Below, piece after piece: positions 33,401-45,694 of a DNA stretch of 46,203 nt. The stretch is from Chlorokybus atmophyticus (Eukaryota; Plantae; Mesostigma and Chlorokybus algae). How positions within the stretch are numbered: the stretch's first letter is position 1; each line of letters starts with the position of its first letter. The position numbers and the translations under genes are program-made. The DNA is taken from NCBI GenBank assembly GCA_009103225.1, contig RHPI01001464.1, positions 1 through 46,203 of the forward strand, in the 5' to 3' direction. Under the pieces are notes generated by a model that worked only from the letters and a program-made list of their open reading frames with translations, searched no databases and had not been told where the DNA came from.

Positions 33401-34950
33401 TCACGATGTTACCATCTTGAGTTGGTCCCAAATCACGATTGGCAATGCTTGAGTTGTTCTTGCGAAGTATCGGTCGCGGAGAGCCCATACACAATTCGTC
33501 CGTGGCTTCACTTGAATGAAACACGTCACACCTCTTTATCCTAGTTACGTATCCTATGATAGGTAACTAGGTACAAACCACCTTTGATAAGTGATAGCTG
33601 TAGCAGGTTGGTCCCACATTGCGCACCAGGTCTGCCAACATGTTTGCCATCATGCGATGAGAACTCTCACGCGTGATGCCATTGTGGACAGTCACCGGTG
33701 CAAGTTCAATATCACTTATAACTTCACCAGCACATAATCTCATAATTATCAACTTCATGGTTATCAACCATTGGTCAACCTATACGTTCACTATCCACAG
33801 AAACATGCACCTTACAACTAGCTTCGTGACACAAGGCATTAGCATCTATATGAATGGCTCCCTCAGCAGGCTGTGTCTATCCATGGCCGATGCCTTTGCG
33901 CTGCTGGACCGCGCCGTGGGGGTGCTTCTGAGTCCATGACTGCTCGCAGTTGATTGAAGCATAACGTTACGAAGTTCAACAAGAGCCTCACTTCGATGTG
34001 CGGCTTTGATGCGACGATATTCATGCGCCGCAACTATGCCTTGCCGGCACACAAATGTAGGTAGCTGCTCTTGCATGCCCGTGAACCCCAATATGGGAGC
34101 TACAGTGGCTACAATGTTTGATGTAGGACACCCAGCGGTAAGTGTATAACTTACCATGTACTACTAGCTTTGGCGCGGTTAAACATCACACAAGTTGCTT
34201 CAAAACAACCACCGTGGCGAATTGATCCATATCTATCGGTGACGATTATCTGGAAGGATGAGCTCATCTTCTAGTCGTCACAACTCGTTTGACAAGGTTT
34301 GTTCTGATTGGCATATTTTTACGAGGCTGTCACTGCCAGCCTCGTCAGCCTATTATATACCGCAAACGCATTGAGTTGAGGACGCTGTCAGTGACAAGCG
34401 TAATCTGATGCTACCCCTTGCTATTAGTTTTTGCAACTTATGATTGTGAAGCGTGTGATAAGTGACTCACTTACATTAAACAATTGGGTTGGTTTATGGA
34501 GCGATGCACTCTCGGTGGAGGAAAGAGACGCATGCCGGGCTTTCTTGCACACAATGGATGAAGGTATAAAGCACACGAAGACTTAGCCGGAAGTTGATTC
34601 ATGCAACCTATGTGAATTGACAAACAACCAGGTACCCACATAATACATCTTAAGTTTGTAGTTCATGGATTCAACATGGTTGCCATGCTCAGCCGCAATC
34701 CTTCCTCCTTCTCAAGCACACCCACTTTAGCACATGGTAAATATTAATGTTTAAAATGCTTGAAGATATTGATATCCTCTCCTCGTGTTAACACCAACAT
34801 AAAAGCCTTATTCGTAAAAGTCATTCGACTCGTGCATCATGATGAAGTGCTCCGGCAGTGTGCTCGGACAAGATGTTTTTAGAAGTGTGGCGGAATTTGT
34901 AATCAGGCTTTGCAATTAGCGTTCACATCAATGCTTCACTGTAGATCTCA
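30469..34950. repeat. AT-rich block, copy 1 of a near-identical duplication
   Basis: Matches 41101-45579 with an offset drifting from 10632 to 10629. By eye I found 5 substitutions and 2 short indels. Confidence 0.95.
33246..34157 (-). pseudogene. Degraded reading frame of unknown family (second copy at 43875-44786)
   Basis: ORFs 33846-34157, 33567-33767 and 33246-33524 share one frame, with only 3 internal stops (all TAG) in 304 codons. No recognisable motif. Confidence 0.35.
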
Positions 34951-35540
34951 NNNNNNNNNNNNNNNNNNNNNNNNNNNNNNNNNNNNNNNNNNNNNNNNNN
35001 NNNNNNNNNNNNNNNNNNNNNNNNNNNNNNNNNNNNNNNNNNNNNNNNNNNNNNNNNNNNNNNNNNNNNNNNNNNNNNNNNNNNNNNNNNNNNNNNNNNN
35101 NNNNNNNNNNNNNNNNNNNNNNNNNNNNNNNNNNNNNNNNNNNNNNNNNNNNNNNNNNNNNNNNNNNNNNNNNNNNNNNNNNNNNNNNNNNNNNNNNNNN
35201 NNNNNNNNNNNNNNNNNNNNNNNNNNNNNNNNNNNNNNNNNNNNNNNNNNNNNNNNNNNNNNNNNNNNNNNNNNNNNNNNNNNNNNNNNNNNNNNNNNNN
35301 NNNNNNNNNNNNNNNNNNNNNNNNNNNNNNNNNNNNNNNNNNNNNNNNNNNNNNNNNNNNNNNNNNNNNNNNNNNNNNNNNNNNNNNNNNNNNNNNNNNN
35401 NNNNNNNNNNNNNNNNNNNNNNNNNNNNNNNNNNNNNNNNNNNNNNNNNNNNNNNNNNNNNNNNNNNNNNNNNNNNNNNNNNNNNNNNNNNNNNNNNNNN
35501 NNNNNNNNNNNNNNNNNNNNNNNNNNNNNNNNNNNNNNNN
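34951..35540. other. Assembly gap (590 N)
   Basis: Run of N. Single Ns also occur at 45580 and 46087. Confidence 1.
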
Positions 35541-36445
35541 CCTCCGCCCCCCGCCCCTACCTACAATAATTCCGATTCCGGCCACACCCGACACCGCCGG
35601 CGGGTCCGGGGGGAATAACTTACTTGTTGAACCACTTTTTCTTTTGTTTTTGCTGTTTTGATTTCCACTTTAACTTTGGTGAGAACATGCCCTGCATTAT
35701 CGCATGCTCATAGAGGTGAGTACACGCGCGCGCACAAGCATTATTGCAGTGCGCTTAGGCAGGATAGACCCGCACGTCTGGGGCTTTTGCGGCTAAGTCT
35801 TCAATATCCAGGGCACCAACAATGGTGCAACCGGTCGCGAGTACGTACTCGTCTTCGAGCTACAGACCGACCTGGCGGTCGTGGCACACTTCTCCGAACG
35901 CAAGCTCTACCGCGCCGGTGCTCTGCACGCGTTTCGCACGTATATGACCACATGGCACGATGGCGATGCTCGCACCCGGTGGCAATCTGGTTGTCGCGCA
36001 CACATTGTGAGCTCCGACAACAATAGCAGACAGGGCGTGGTATTGACCTCGGCTACATGCTGGCGGGCATCAACCTCGATTCAGCACATATCACAGTACT
36101 GTCAGTGACAAAGCCCGAGCTGATGTAAAAAGTACATGTAAGCTTACCACAATCGCTGGAGGAGCCTCGGACCACGAGGGCCAACCATCTCGCCGCCCTC
36201 GCGTGCGGTCTGCCCCAACATGCCATCGACCTCTGTCAACGCCTCGATGCACGGAATGTCCAAGTCCAGCCCGTGGAAGTTGGCAGACACCACCTTCGCG
36301 ACTTCGGACTTGATCGTAACTGCCGTCAGTAGATCGCCATGCCAGACGTGTATAGAGCATGAGCGGCGTTGCCCCCGCATAGAATAGACACCTAATGCAT
36401 ATATCCGCTGGCGCTGGTATGCCATGCATGCGTCCTTTGGTCCAT
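35541..36445 (+). pseudogene. Pseudogene paralogue of gene A (3' part) with an internal inversion
   Basis: The plus strand gives DPH..EYVLVFELQTDLAVVAHFSERKLYR..FRTYMT with frameshifts and TAA at 35793. The segment ~36093-36445 is in the opposite orientation and gives DLLTAVTIKSEVAKVVSANFHGLDLDIPCIEALTEVDGMLGQTAREGGEMVG. An 18-bp identity links 36093-36110 to 7975-7992. Confidence 0.88.
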
Positions 36446-36748
36446 GGTAGCACAGACGGCCGTTAGCCGGTAGTCGCGGACAGCTGACAGCAATAGCCGG
36501 CAGTTTCTTTGCCATTACACTGCTGTTAATATGTGACCCTTACCGTTTGACAAGATTTGGCAATTCTTGCCGTAAGCCAACACTAACATGCCATGCAGCT
36601 TGTACAAACTTGGACTGATTGTTTGGTCTTGCAATTATAAGCCCGCAATATATACAATGTACCGGCAGTGGTGAGAGTATGTCCACTTGCAACTGAGCAG
36701 CCGTCTTGCGCATGAAACTACCTACAACATTGAGTCTAGCTGTCGCAC

Positions 36749-37783
36749 TCATGCGCAGCTTGTCAACCAGTGCTGCCTGCCTCGAAACTCCTCCTCAACC
36801 CCTTCCTCCTCCGACAATTCTTCTGCGTCAACATCGGAGTCATCTTCAGCATTGCTCGCTGTCAATACAGCAGCTACTTCGTCCTTTAGCTTAAATGTCA
36901 CCACCTTGCCGTGCACGCGCATGCGCTTATTGGTCGCTTTGAGAGTGACCACCTGCATTTGGTAATGTTGTAAGCGTGGCGTGCTGCCAGAGGACTAGCC
37001 CATCAGCATACACATGCTTACCTCGTCTTCCGCTTTGTTGCCGTCCGCCAGGCAGACAGTCAGCTTGCCGCGCTGCTCTTGGTTCACTCTGACCAACATG
37101 GCAATCTGCAAGCATACTGCTTAATTGCCGCTGAAACATTAAACTAGGTCGTGGATTACCCGTTCGTGGTACTCCGCAGCTGCTCTTTTGCGACTTGTGA
37201 GCTCCCGCAAGTAGAAATAGGCTGTGCATTTGCGAGATTGGTCATGCTGTTCATGTGCATGACACTGGAGGCTGTGCATGAGGGTGTGCATGTGTTATTG
37301 ACAGTGTATGTCAAGTGCAAAATACTTGAGGCTGTGCATGTGCAAGATAAAAGAACCCTAGCATGTGGCATTGACAGTGCATCGTAACCCACCTTGGTTA
37401 TGCCAGTCTTGTTTGGTCCCTTTAAACATGTCGCTGTGGTCGCAGCTGCTGGTGAGTTGGATATTCTTACAGGCAGTATTGTGGTGTGCCTTTGCCCACT
37501 CGGAGGAGGAGCCCGGTAAGATATCGCCCGAGTCACTGTTGTTATTGGCTGTGCCCTTAGTAGGCATGTGGGGTTTGACACCTTGGACACCCCACCGGCA
37601 CCTTGCCCACCCTATGCGAAGATGGGCTTCATCTCGGGCCTTGACCACAATGCCCACTACGCCCCTGGAAGCGCCGCCAACGATCCACCAAACGCCACAT
37701 ACCCTCGGCATTACCGCCATGTAAGGGCATAGCTTGGCGGAGCTATCAATGGTGTTTTCATGCGCAACAACTGGCATTACCAT
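36749..37783 (-). CDS. Gene Y: spliced gene or remnant of unknown function with an acidic C-terminus
   Basis: Exons ~37783-37393, 37221-37160, 37105-37022 and 36952-36749 join in frame through three GT-AG introns (..QDWHNQ|AYFYLRELTSRKRAAAEYHER|IAMLVRVN..KAEDE|VVTLKATNK..EDDSDVDAEELSEEEG). The start is uncertain. Confidence 0.5.
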
Positions 37784-38099
37784 TGCACAAAGGTATCATT
37801 TTAATGGTACTTTTTGGCAAAGGCATCTTCGTACCATTGAAACGGTTCAATCAGGATATGTATGCAGAGACTCACCCTTGACATGCAATGGCTCGATCGT
37901 ACTATAGTATGATACGACGGAGTCAGTGCATGGTGGCTAAGTTTCCCGCCTCTGGCATGCAAGGGTGGGGGTGGCGGTGGCGGTGGCGGTGGCGGCGACG
38001 GCGGCTGTGCGTGTTGCTGGATACACACCGATTGACATTTAAGGACCATGAATGGTCGTACCTCTGGACCGAGATTTTCCCCCGCTAAGTGAATTTGGT

Positions 38100-38710
38100 G
38101 AACCATATATGGTCGGACTGTTAATGATAGTCGGACCATGCATGGTCCAAACCTCATGTGAACAGTCCCATGTCTTTTTGGGGTCGCACCATGTATGGTG
38201 ACCTATTTGTATGAGTTTGCAAGGACCATGTATGGTGCAATGCCCCCTAGCACAGAAGACCAGGCATGGTTTGTTACTTCCACATGTTTAGTGATTGACA
38301 GTCGTACTATGCACGGTCCATGGATACGGACCGGAAGTCTTTGTTTGAACTGACATATTTTGGACCATGCATGGTGCGCTGCCCTCCTGGCTCAGTGGAC
38401 CATTTATGGTGCCAGTCTGATCGACAGTCGCACCATGCACGATCCATGGATACGGACGTTGTTGTGTGTGCATATATGGTCCACAAGCGGTACCATGCAT
38501 GGTCCTAACAGACAACGCACAATACATGATCTGATTGACAGTCGCACCATGCATGGTCTATCATGATGTCACAGCCATTGAAGCCATGCATGGTCCACAA
38601 GCGGCACCATGTCTGGTCCTAACAGACAACGCACCACATGGTTTGATTGACAGTTGCATCATGCATGGTCTATCATGATGTTACAGCCATTGAGTCCATG
38701 CATGGTCTTA
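38100..38710. repeat. Degenerate satellite built from palindromic ACCAT-NN-ATGGT motifs, with a ~112-126-bp higher-order unit
   Basis: Motif copies at 38102, 38135, 38188, 38225, 38364, 38399, 38492, 38546 and 38606. TGATYGACAGTYG units at 38292, 38418, 38532 and 38644. Confidence 0.85.
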
Positions 38711-39101
38711 GCACTGGTGCCTGCACCGTGCCCGGTGCATACAATCCGACACGCATGCAATTCGCAGAAATGCTGTAATGGATTGTCAAACGACAGCCCA
38801 TCAGTGTCTTGCCAGTGAGACTGTAGCTATAGTCTCCTACATGCACATCAAGCTGCGGTTACAGGAGGTAACAGGAGCAGCTAACAACATCAGTCTGTTG
38901 TGTTGCCAGCACCTTCGCCTGGAAGCCCGACTTGTGCTCTCCCTGGTTGATTCAGCCCCAATGTGAAGACACCCGCGACAGCCTTGCTCGACAGCATTTC
39001 TTGCAAACACTCAGCGAGTGCTTGTTGAGCTCTGCACAACAACTGTACTGTCACGTGCTTACACAAACAGTAACTTGACCATAGCATAGGAAACCACCCA
39101 T

Positions 39102-40270
39102 CTAGGAGGATGACGAGGGCTGTTGCGTCCACTGCCTCTTGGGTCGGAATGGCTTTCTCTTCTTTGCCTCGCTCAAAAGCCCTGCATTCTACCAAATCAT
39201 CACTCTTGAAAGCCAGCAAAGGACTGTCGTTAACTTGCTGTTGTGAAGTATGCATACCTGGTAGTTGCGATTGGATCCCCACTCGCACCCTCTATCAACA
39301 TCTTTGTTGGACACCAACCACTTTTTGCTGGCAGCAAAGCTGACAGTGGCTCTCAAGATCAGCTCGTCTGGCACACGCTCCATTTGGTCGAGGTCCTTGA
39401 ATGCCAGCTGGTGACCATTGTGGAACAGCGTGTGCTCGATGTGGTGGTAGTACTCATACATGTCCATTGCCTCCTCTCTGGTGGGGGCGTTGGGCTTGGT
39501 GTTGCACACAATCCCCGCTGCAATTTGCAAGTCCATGGCGGCGGCTTCTTCATCTTCACAGTCAGAGATCGCCCCAGCAACCTGCATAGGACCCATAGTG
39601 GTTAGTGCAGTCCATTGGCGATTGTCAATATCATTGACAGTCTGCAATGCGTTGATGACAGTCGAGAACTGCAACATGTAATGCAATTTGCGACTGTCAA
39701 GGCGTGATCAATGGCTGCATTGGCGACTGTTCATCATGTGACAGCAGCCTAACAACAACCCTTATTAACCTCTGTGTCTGTGTTGTGCCTGGCTGCGTGC
39801 GTTGGCAGCCGGTCCTTGATGCAACCCGGCACCGCAATGCGCTCATCGTTAGCGCATGCCTCACAGGGGCAGATGCGTCCGCTGGCCAAGAACATCATGG
39901 CCCACTCCATCTCCCTGCTCTGCATGTTGTTGTGTTTAACACAAGAAATGCTCATGCACTACACCATACAGTCACAGCAGGAGCATGTGCATATCCACAA
40001 CAAGCAATGTACCTCCAGAGTATGCCCACCATGGCAGCTGCTTGTCGGCATGCCATGGAGAAAATGCCTTTCTTTCACAGGTCGTTGAACGGCAAGGTTG
40101 CCATCCTCACTTTTCATTGCCATCCAGTGGTTAACAGAGACTAGATACGTGCGCATTGGTTGGTCTGGCTTGCATACGGGATCAATGGTGGCGATGCCAA
40201 CAACTACTACGTTGTTGCAAATGTCAAACACCTGATCTTCAGCATATCCGTCCGCACCCCTGTCGTGACA
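39102..40270 (-). CDS. Gene X: spliced gene or remnant of unknown function; 5' exons unresolved
   Basis: Exons ~40270-40013, 39919-39770, 39581-39258 and 39188-39102 join through phase-0 GT-AG introns without stops. The product contains GRICPCEACAN, an acidic patch and a C-terminal KKRKPFRPKR. Confidence 0.5.
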
Positions 40271-41100
40271 CGCAGAGGAGCATTCAGAGTAGCAGGCACC
40301 AAGTTTGAGCCAGTATGCATGGAGGCAGCAGCTCAGCAAAACAGTACAACAGGACCGACAGTCGACCGACAGCACCATGGTCGCTTACCTCTCCTTCAGC
40401 CAAGTGGCCCGATACTGAGCGTTTGTGAGAGGAAGAGCGGTTAAAGGCGCAAGCATGACCACTTGCTGGTTGGCCCTCATGTCCCTCCCAAACAAAATGT
40501 CATGCCCTAGCCAGCTCCAGCTTGAGCAGCGCGGCTGCCTTGTGCAGCTTCCCTGTCGCTGGCAAGCCTTTGCTTCTTGGCCTCATTGTGTTTTTGGACG
40601 CTGTTCCCGGTACCACTGCCGCGCTTCGCGCCAACGGAGTACTGTAGCACCAGTACATGCTTGTTTGTGTGCTGTGTGTTCGTGCTGCAACACAAGCAGA
40701 TAAGAGTACAGCAAAGTACCAACGGCAAGGACTGTCAACGGCAAGACAGCTCCAATACATCATTTTCAGCTGTTGGAAGATGGCATCTAGCTGAAGACGG
40801 CCTCAAAGACAGCATATCGCAACTGGTCAATGATTCAACAAGCACATACACAGATACCAGGGCAAGGACTGTCAACGGCAAGACAGCTAAGCAGACAGTG
40901 AGTGAACTGAAAGCTGAACGACATGCTTGAAAGCTCACTTCAACATAACTAAATTAAAGTTCCTGTTAAACAGCAGATGTCACCAACAAAGCAGCTCACC
41001 TTTTGTCCACGTGAGCGTGTGGTTTGCGTTAAAGACCCGTGGAAGTGACTGCTGCAATACCGCCTCGCATATTGCGTCGAGCTCCTGCCGGTGCTATAAT

Positions 41101-44100
41101 AGGTAACATTATATAACATCACATTTCCTGCCATCAAAGGGGTTTAGTTTGATGTTGGCATTGATTCTGTCAGATAAAAGAGGTTGTTTGTCTCTCTCCA
41201 TGTAACCAACGACGGTGTGCGCGTTTGATTCAAGCCATGTCATCACGTATGCTCGATTACACAAAAGTAATAATGATGTACTAATAAGGTTTGATTGTAG
41301 TTAATCAACAATGCGACGTACTGATTTAATATACGAGCACACAATTTATCTGCACAGCTTACAACTTAATCAAGTGATAATCATGATCATTGCATTGTAC
41401 AGACATATAAAAATTTGCGGGTCAAATGCAAGCGTGCTGCAGCATAAGGCATGAGGTATAATTAAACCTGGTAATAAGAATCCCGTTTGTCCTTCAACTT
41501 TTTATTCCACCAACGGAGTTTTTCTCTTGGCGTTAAAAAGAATATAATAGTATACCGCACTATTGCAAAATATATCCTTTATGCATAAAGATATTGGGCA
41601 ATAACTTTATGCCATGTCATCGCAGCATGATGCAGACGTGGCACTTATAGATCAATACGTATATTATTAGAATAATATATATATATAATATATATATTTA
41701 AATGTATAGTCAACCTTCTACTTATGCATCCATCTTATATTCAATGAAGTATCAAGCTGTTATGGGTGTATTCCCCCGTTACAAAAGTAGGCCCCCTCAA
41801 ACTTCAAGCCTTCGCTTTATTGCGTACGAGAATCATCTTTTAGCCAACGATATTGTGTCTAGAGTTTAATCATAATCTTTTCCAAATCTGTAATCTTAAC
41901 GGGGTTGTTCATAAATTAAAGTCATATATTATGGGTAGACTGTATCGCTCCCATATGGCATTAACGTCAGCATCCTACTACTTTGGGGGCACAAAAGGGC
42001 ACAAAGTCTTGATTGCAAAATAGTATTTCTCGCTGATTGTTCTCAAAAGTGAGCGTACAAGTCGTGCGCATACTTCATATACTGTTATTTTAACACTAGG
42101 ATGGCTGCTGTACTACTTTGATACTTGTACTTAGAAAAGTACCAAAAAACGGGTTTTTCTTGCCACCAAACTGTGTAGTATGAATCTATAGTCGTGCCAT
42201 ATATGATTGAAAGCATAAATCCAAGGCCTACATAACGTTGAGATTTAGTAGTCATCGGTGTAGCACCCTCAAATTTTTATAATCATACCAAATTGCAACA
42301 CAGCATGACTCGGTGCGTAATCATGAAATCACAAATGCTATATAAAGCATATCATGACGACCAACCTTGCAATAGCATTAATACATGCTAGCAAATACAG
42401 GTTATGTTCACTTGCGCACACATTATTAGGTTCAAAAAGGTTTTTAAGTAATAACACCATACCTCATTGCGCAGCTGCAGGCTGCATATTTATAAGCATG
42501 CTTAAAATTTTCACACCATGCTCATGCGGCAATCAGCCTAACGCAAAACTTTCCATGAATTTATACGTCATAAGGAATGCCTTCTCATAAGGGTTCGATT
42601 TTTTAAGGTCTACATTTGTTGTAGCATGTTACCCAAGTTACATAATAGTACTGAATACAATGGTACAATTACCGGCCAGCCTAGTGATAAGGCAATAAAA
42701 ATGCTGCATGCTTTGCAATGTACTTATTGCATTATTAATACACTTGATATGTCAGCGGCCCATACGCGTACGGAACGGTTCCATAAAGTAGAATTGGTAC
42801 AATTGTGCCACTTAGTCATACTAACAGTACATCACACAATTATTGTAATTGTGATTGCAATGTGAGTGGGGCCTAAGAATCCATGTGAGCTTGTACGCTA
42901 CAATATTATGTTAAAGTGTTTAAGCAACAGCTTGTGTGTAAGCACTTGCGGGGACCGCATCGCTGTCGTATGCTCGCTGCCAAATTACCACTTGCTAACA
43001 ATACAGAGCAACGAGGCTCACTAGATATCGTGCTTAAAGGAATCAAGCACGCAGCGCGCGCAATGTGTAATGGGGGCCCTTTTCTTTACCTCCTTGTAAT
43101 GCACTCGGCGGCAAAGGGTTTGTTACTTCACTTGGATACTTAGTAGCGACTTTGTTCACATGCCGCATGACTTCACCCGGCGACTCTTTATTATCGGAAT
43201 TAAGCGGCTTCACCAAATCCGAATTGGAGGTTCGCAACTCCGTGATTCTCACCGAAGTCTACCCCGATCTCAATCCCCAACCCCGATAGTTCACTTAGCG
43301 ACTTCGCTATGAACTAGCCTTACCGCGGGGAATGATTCGCTCTGGCCAAAGACGGCGTGGTTAGGCACCTAGTAGTGGGAGGGACTATGAGAACTATCAG
43401 CCAACTTGACAGTTTGTTCCCCCCAACCTCACAACAGATTGAACTCAATTACCCTAGCCAAGTGAGGTGGCGTGTATTTAGCTGGTCGCCAAACCCGCAT
43501 GACTTTCAATTTACTCAAATACCCTTGCGGTGATAGGAGTCAGTGGCTGCTTAGGCCTACGTGCAAGCGGTATTCAACTAACCATTCACTTACGAATTGT
43601 TACGATGTGTCGTAACCAAGCACTTTTTATGTGCGTACAAGCGGGAGCTAAAGACTTAGGCTTTTTTGCGGCTTCGCAAAATCTCCATACTCTCACGCCC
43701 TTAGTACAGGCCGCGACTCCATAGCCGCGAGGGGAATTGCCGCCTTTAACTGCTCAACCCCTACGCAATGACCGTAAATTGATTCGCTGTGACTCAATAT
43801 TTGCTTATAGCACGATTGTTAATCTCTAATCCATAATGGGATCTTTTGCTGGCTCCTTCTTACGATTCAGGACCCTAAACGCTTGCAACAACCCTGCTAA
43901 CCGGCATGCACACATAAGCTATGCTTGGTGACTCGTGTCCGTTCCATTTTATCATGAGTTTCACCTGCTGGAGCACTTTTACACCTCCAGCACCGTGCAT
44001 GCTAATTGCTGATTCATTAATTAACTCAATCACGATGTTACCATCTTGAGTTGGTCCCAAATCACGATTGGCAATGCTTGAGTTGTTCTTGCGAAGTATC

Positions 44101-45579
44101 GGTCGCGGAGAGCCCATACACAATTCGTCCGTGGCTTCACTTGAATGAAACACGTCACACCTCTTTATCCTAGTTACGTATCCTATGATAGGTAACTAGG
44201 TACAAACCACCTTTGATAAGTGATAGCTGTAGCAGGTTGGTCCCACATTGCGCACCAGGTCTGCCAACATGTTTGCCATCATGCGATGAGAACTCTCACG
44301 CGTGATGCCATTGTGGACAGTCACCGGTGCAAGTTCAATATCACTTATAACTTCACCAGCACATAACCTCATAATTATCAACTTCATGGTTATCAACCAT
44401 TGGTCAACCTATACGTTCACTATCCACAGAAACATGCACCTTACAACTAGCTTCGTGACACAAGGCATTAGCATCTATATGAATGGCTCCCTCAGCAGGC
44501 TGTGTCTATCCATGGCCGATGCCTTTGCGCTGCTGGACCGCGCCGTGGGGGTGCTTCTGAGTCCATGACTGCTCGCAGTTGATTGAAGCATAACGTTACG
44601 AAGTTCAACAAGAGCCTCACTTCGATGTGCGGCTTTGATGCGACGATATTCATGCGCCGCAACTATGCCTTGCCGGCACACAAATGTAGGTAGCTGCTCT
44701 TGCATGCCCGTGAACCCCAATATGGGAGCTACAGTGGCTACAATGTTTGATGTAGGACACCCAGCGGTAAGTGTATAACTTACCATGTACTACTAGCTTT
44801 GGCGCGGTTAAACATCACACAAGTTGCTTCAAAACAACCACCGTGGCGAATTGATCCATATCTATCGGTGACGATTATCTGGAAGGATGAGCTCATCTTC
44901 TAGTCGTCACAACTCGTTTGACAAGGTTTGTTCTGATTGGCATATTTTTACGAGGCTGTCACTGCCAGCCTCGTCAGCCTATTATATACCGCAAACGCAT
45001 TGAGTTGAGGACGCTGTCAGTGACAAGCGTAATCTGATGCTACCCCTTGCTATTAGTTTTTGCAACTTATGATTGTGAAGCGTGTGATAAGTGACTCACT
45101 TACATTAAACAATTGGGTTGGTTTATGGAGCGATGCACTCTCGGTGGAGGAAAGAGACGCATGCCGGGCTTTCTTGCACACAATGGATGAAGGTATAAAG
45201 CACACAAAGACTTAGCCGGAAGTTGATTCATGCAACCTATGTGAATTGACAAACAACCAGGTACCCACATAATACATCTTAAGTTTGTAGTTCATGGATT
45301 CAACATGGTTGCCATGCTCAGCCGCAATCCTTCCTCCTTCTCAAGCACACCCACTTTAGCACATGGTAAATATTAATGTTTAAAATGCTTGAAGATATTG
45401 ATATCCTCTCCTCGTGTTAACACCAACATAAAAGCCTTATTCGTAAAAGTCACTCGACTCGTGCATCATGATGAAGTGCTCCGGCAGTGTGCTCGGACAA
45501 GATGTTTTTAGAAGTGTGGCGGAATTTGTAATCAGGCTTTGCAATTAGCGTTCACATCAATGCTTCACTGTAGATCTCA
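41101..45579. repeat. AT-rich block, copy 2
   Basis: Near-identical to 30469-34950. Both copies end at ...GTAGATCTCA immediately before an N. Confidence 0.95.
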
Positions 45580-45694
45580 NTGGCCCACTCCATCTCCCTG
45601 CTCTGCATGTTGTTGGGGGGCGGGGGGGGAGGGGGGGGCATGCGTGTGTGTGTGTGCGTGTGTGTGCGTGTGTCACGAAGTGGCTATGTCTTTG

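Noticed and set aside
33650-34800. Protein-looking plus-strand frame if all stops are read as Q or R
   Set aside because: Stop density is about what random sequence gives, and every stop codon is trivially one C>T change from a sense codon.
34910-35594. ORFs of 219 and 223 aa in the track
   Set aside because: They are artefacts of translating through 590 N.
37801-38157. ORF with a poly-Pro run
   Set aside because: It derives from a (GTGGCG)n microsatellite at 37971-37994 next to the satellite, with no splice or domain support.
38290-38710. Repeat-spacer look of the ~115-125-bp units (CRISPR-like)
   Set aside because: The intervening sequences are themselves homologous, the repeats are degenerate, there are no cas genes and the context is eukaryotic. 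It is a satellite.
38890-39288. Alternative continuation of gene X as VNDSPLLAFKSDD..GWFPMLW
   Set aside because: It needs a 20-nt intron. The 69-nt intron to 39188 fits the local intron sizes better, though this remains untested.
30460-41110. Helitron interpretation of the 10.6-kb unit (tandem copies, captured gene pieces)
   Set aside because: There are no TC/CTRR termini or 3' hairpin at the 30469/41101 boundary and no Rep or helicase motifs. It is not excluded but is unsupported.
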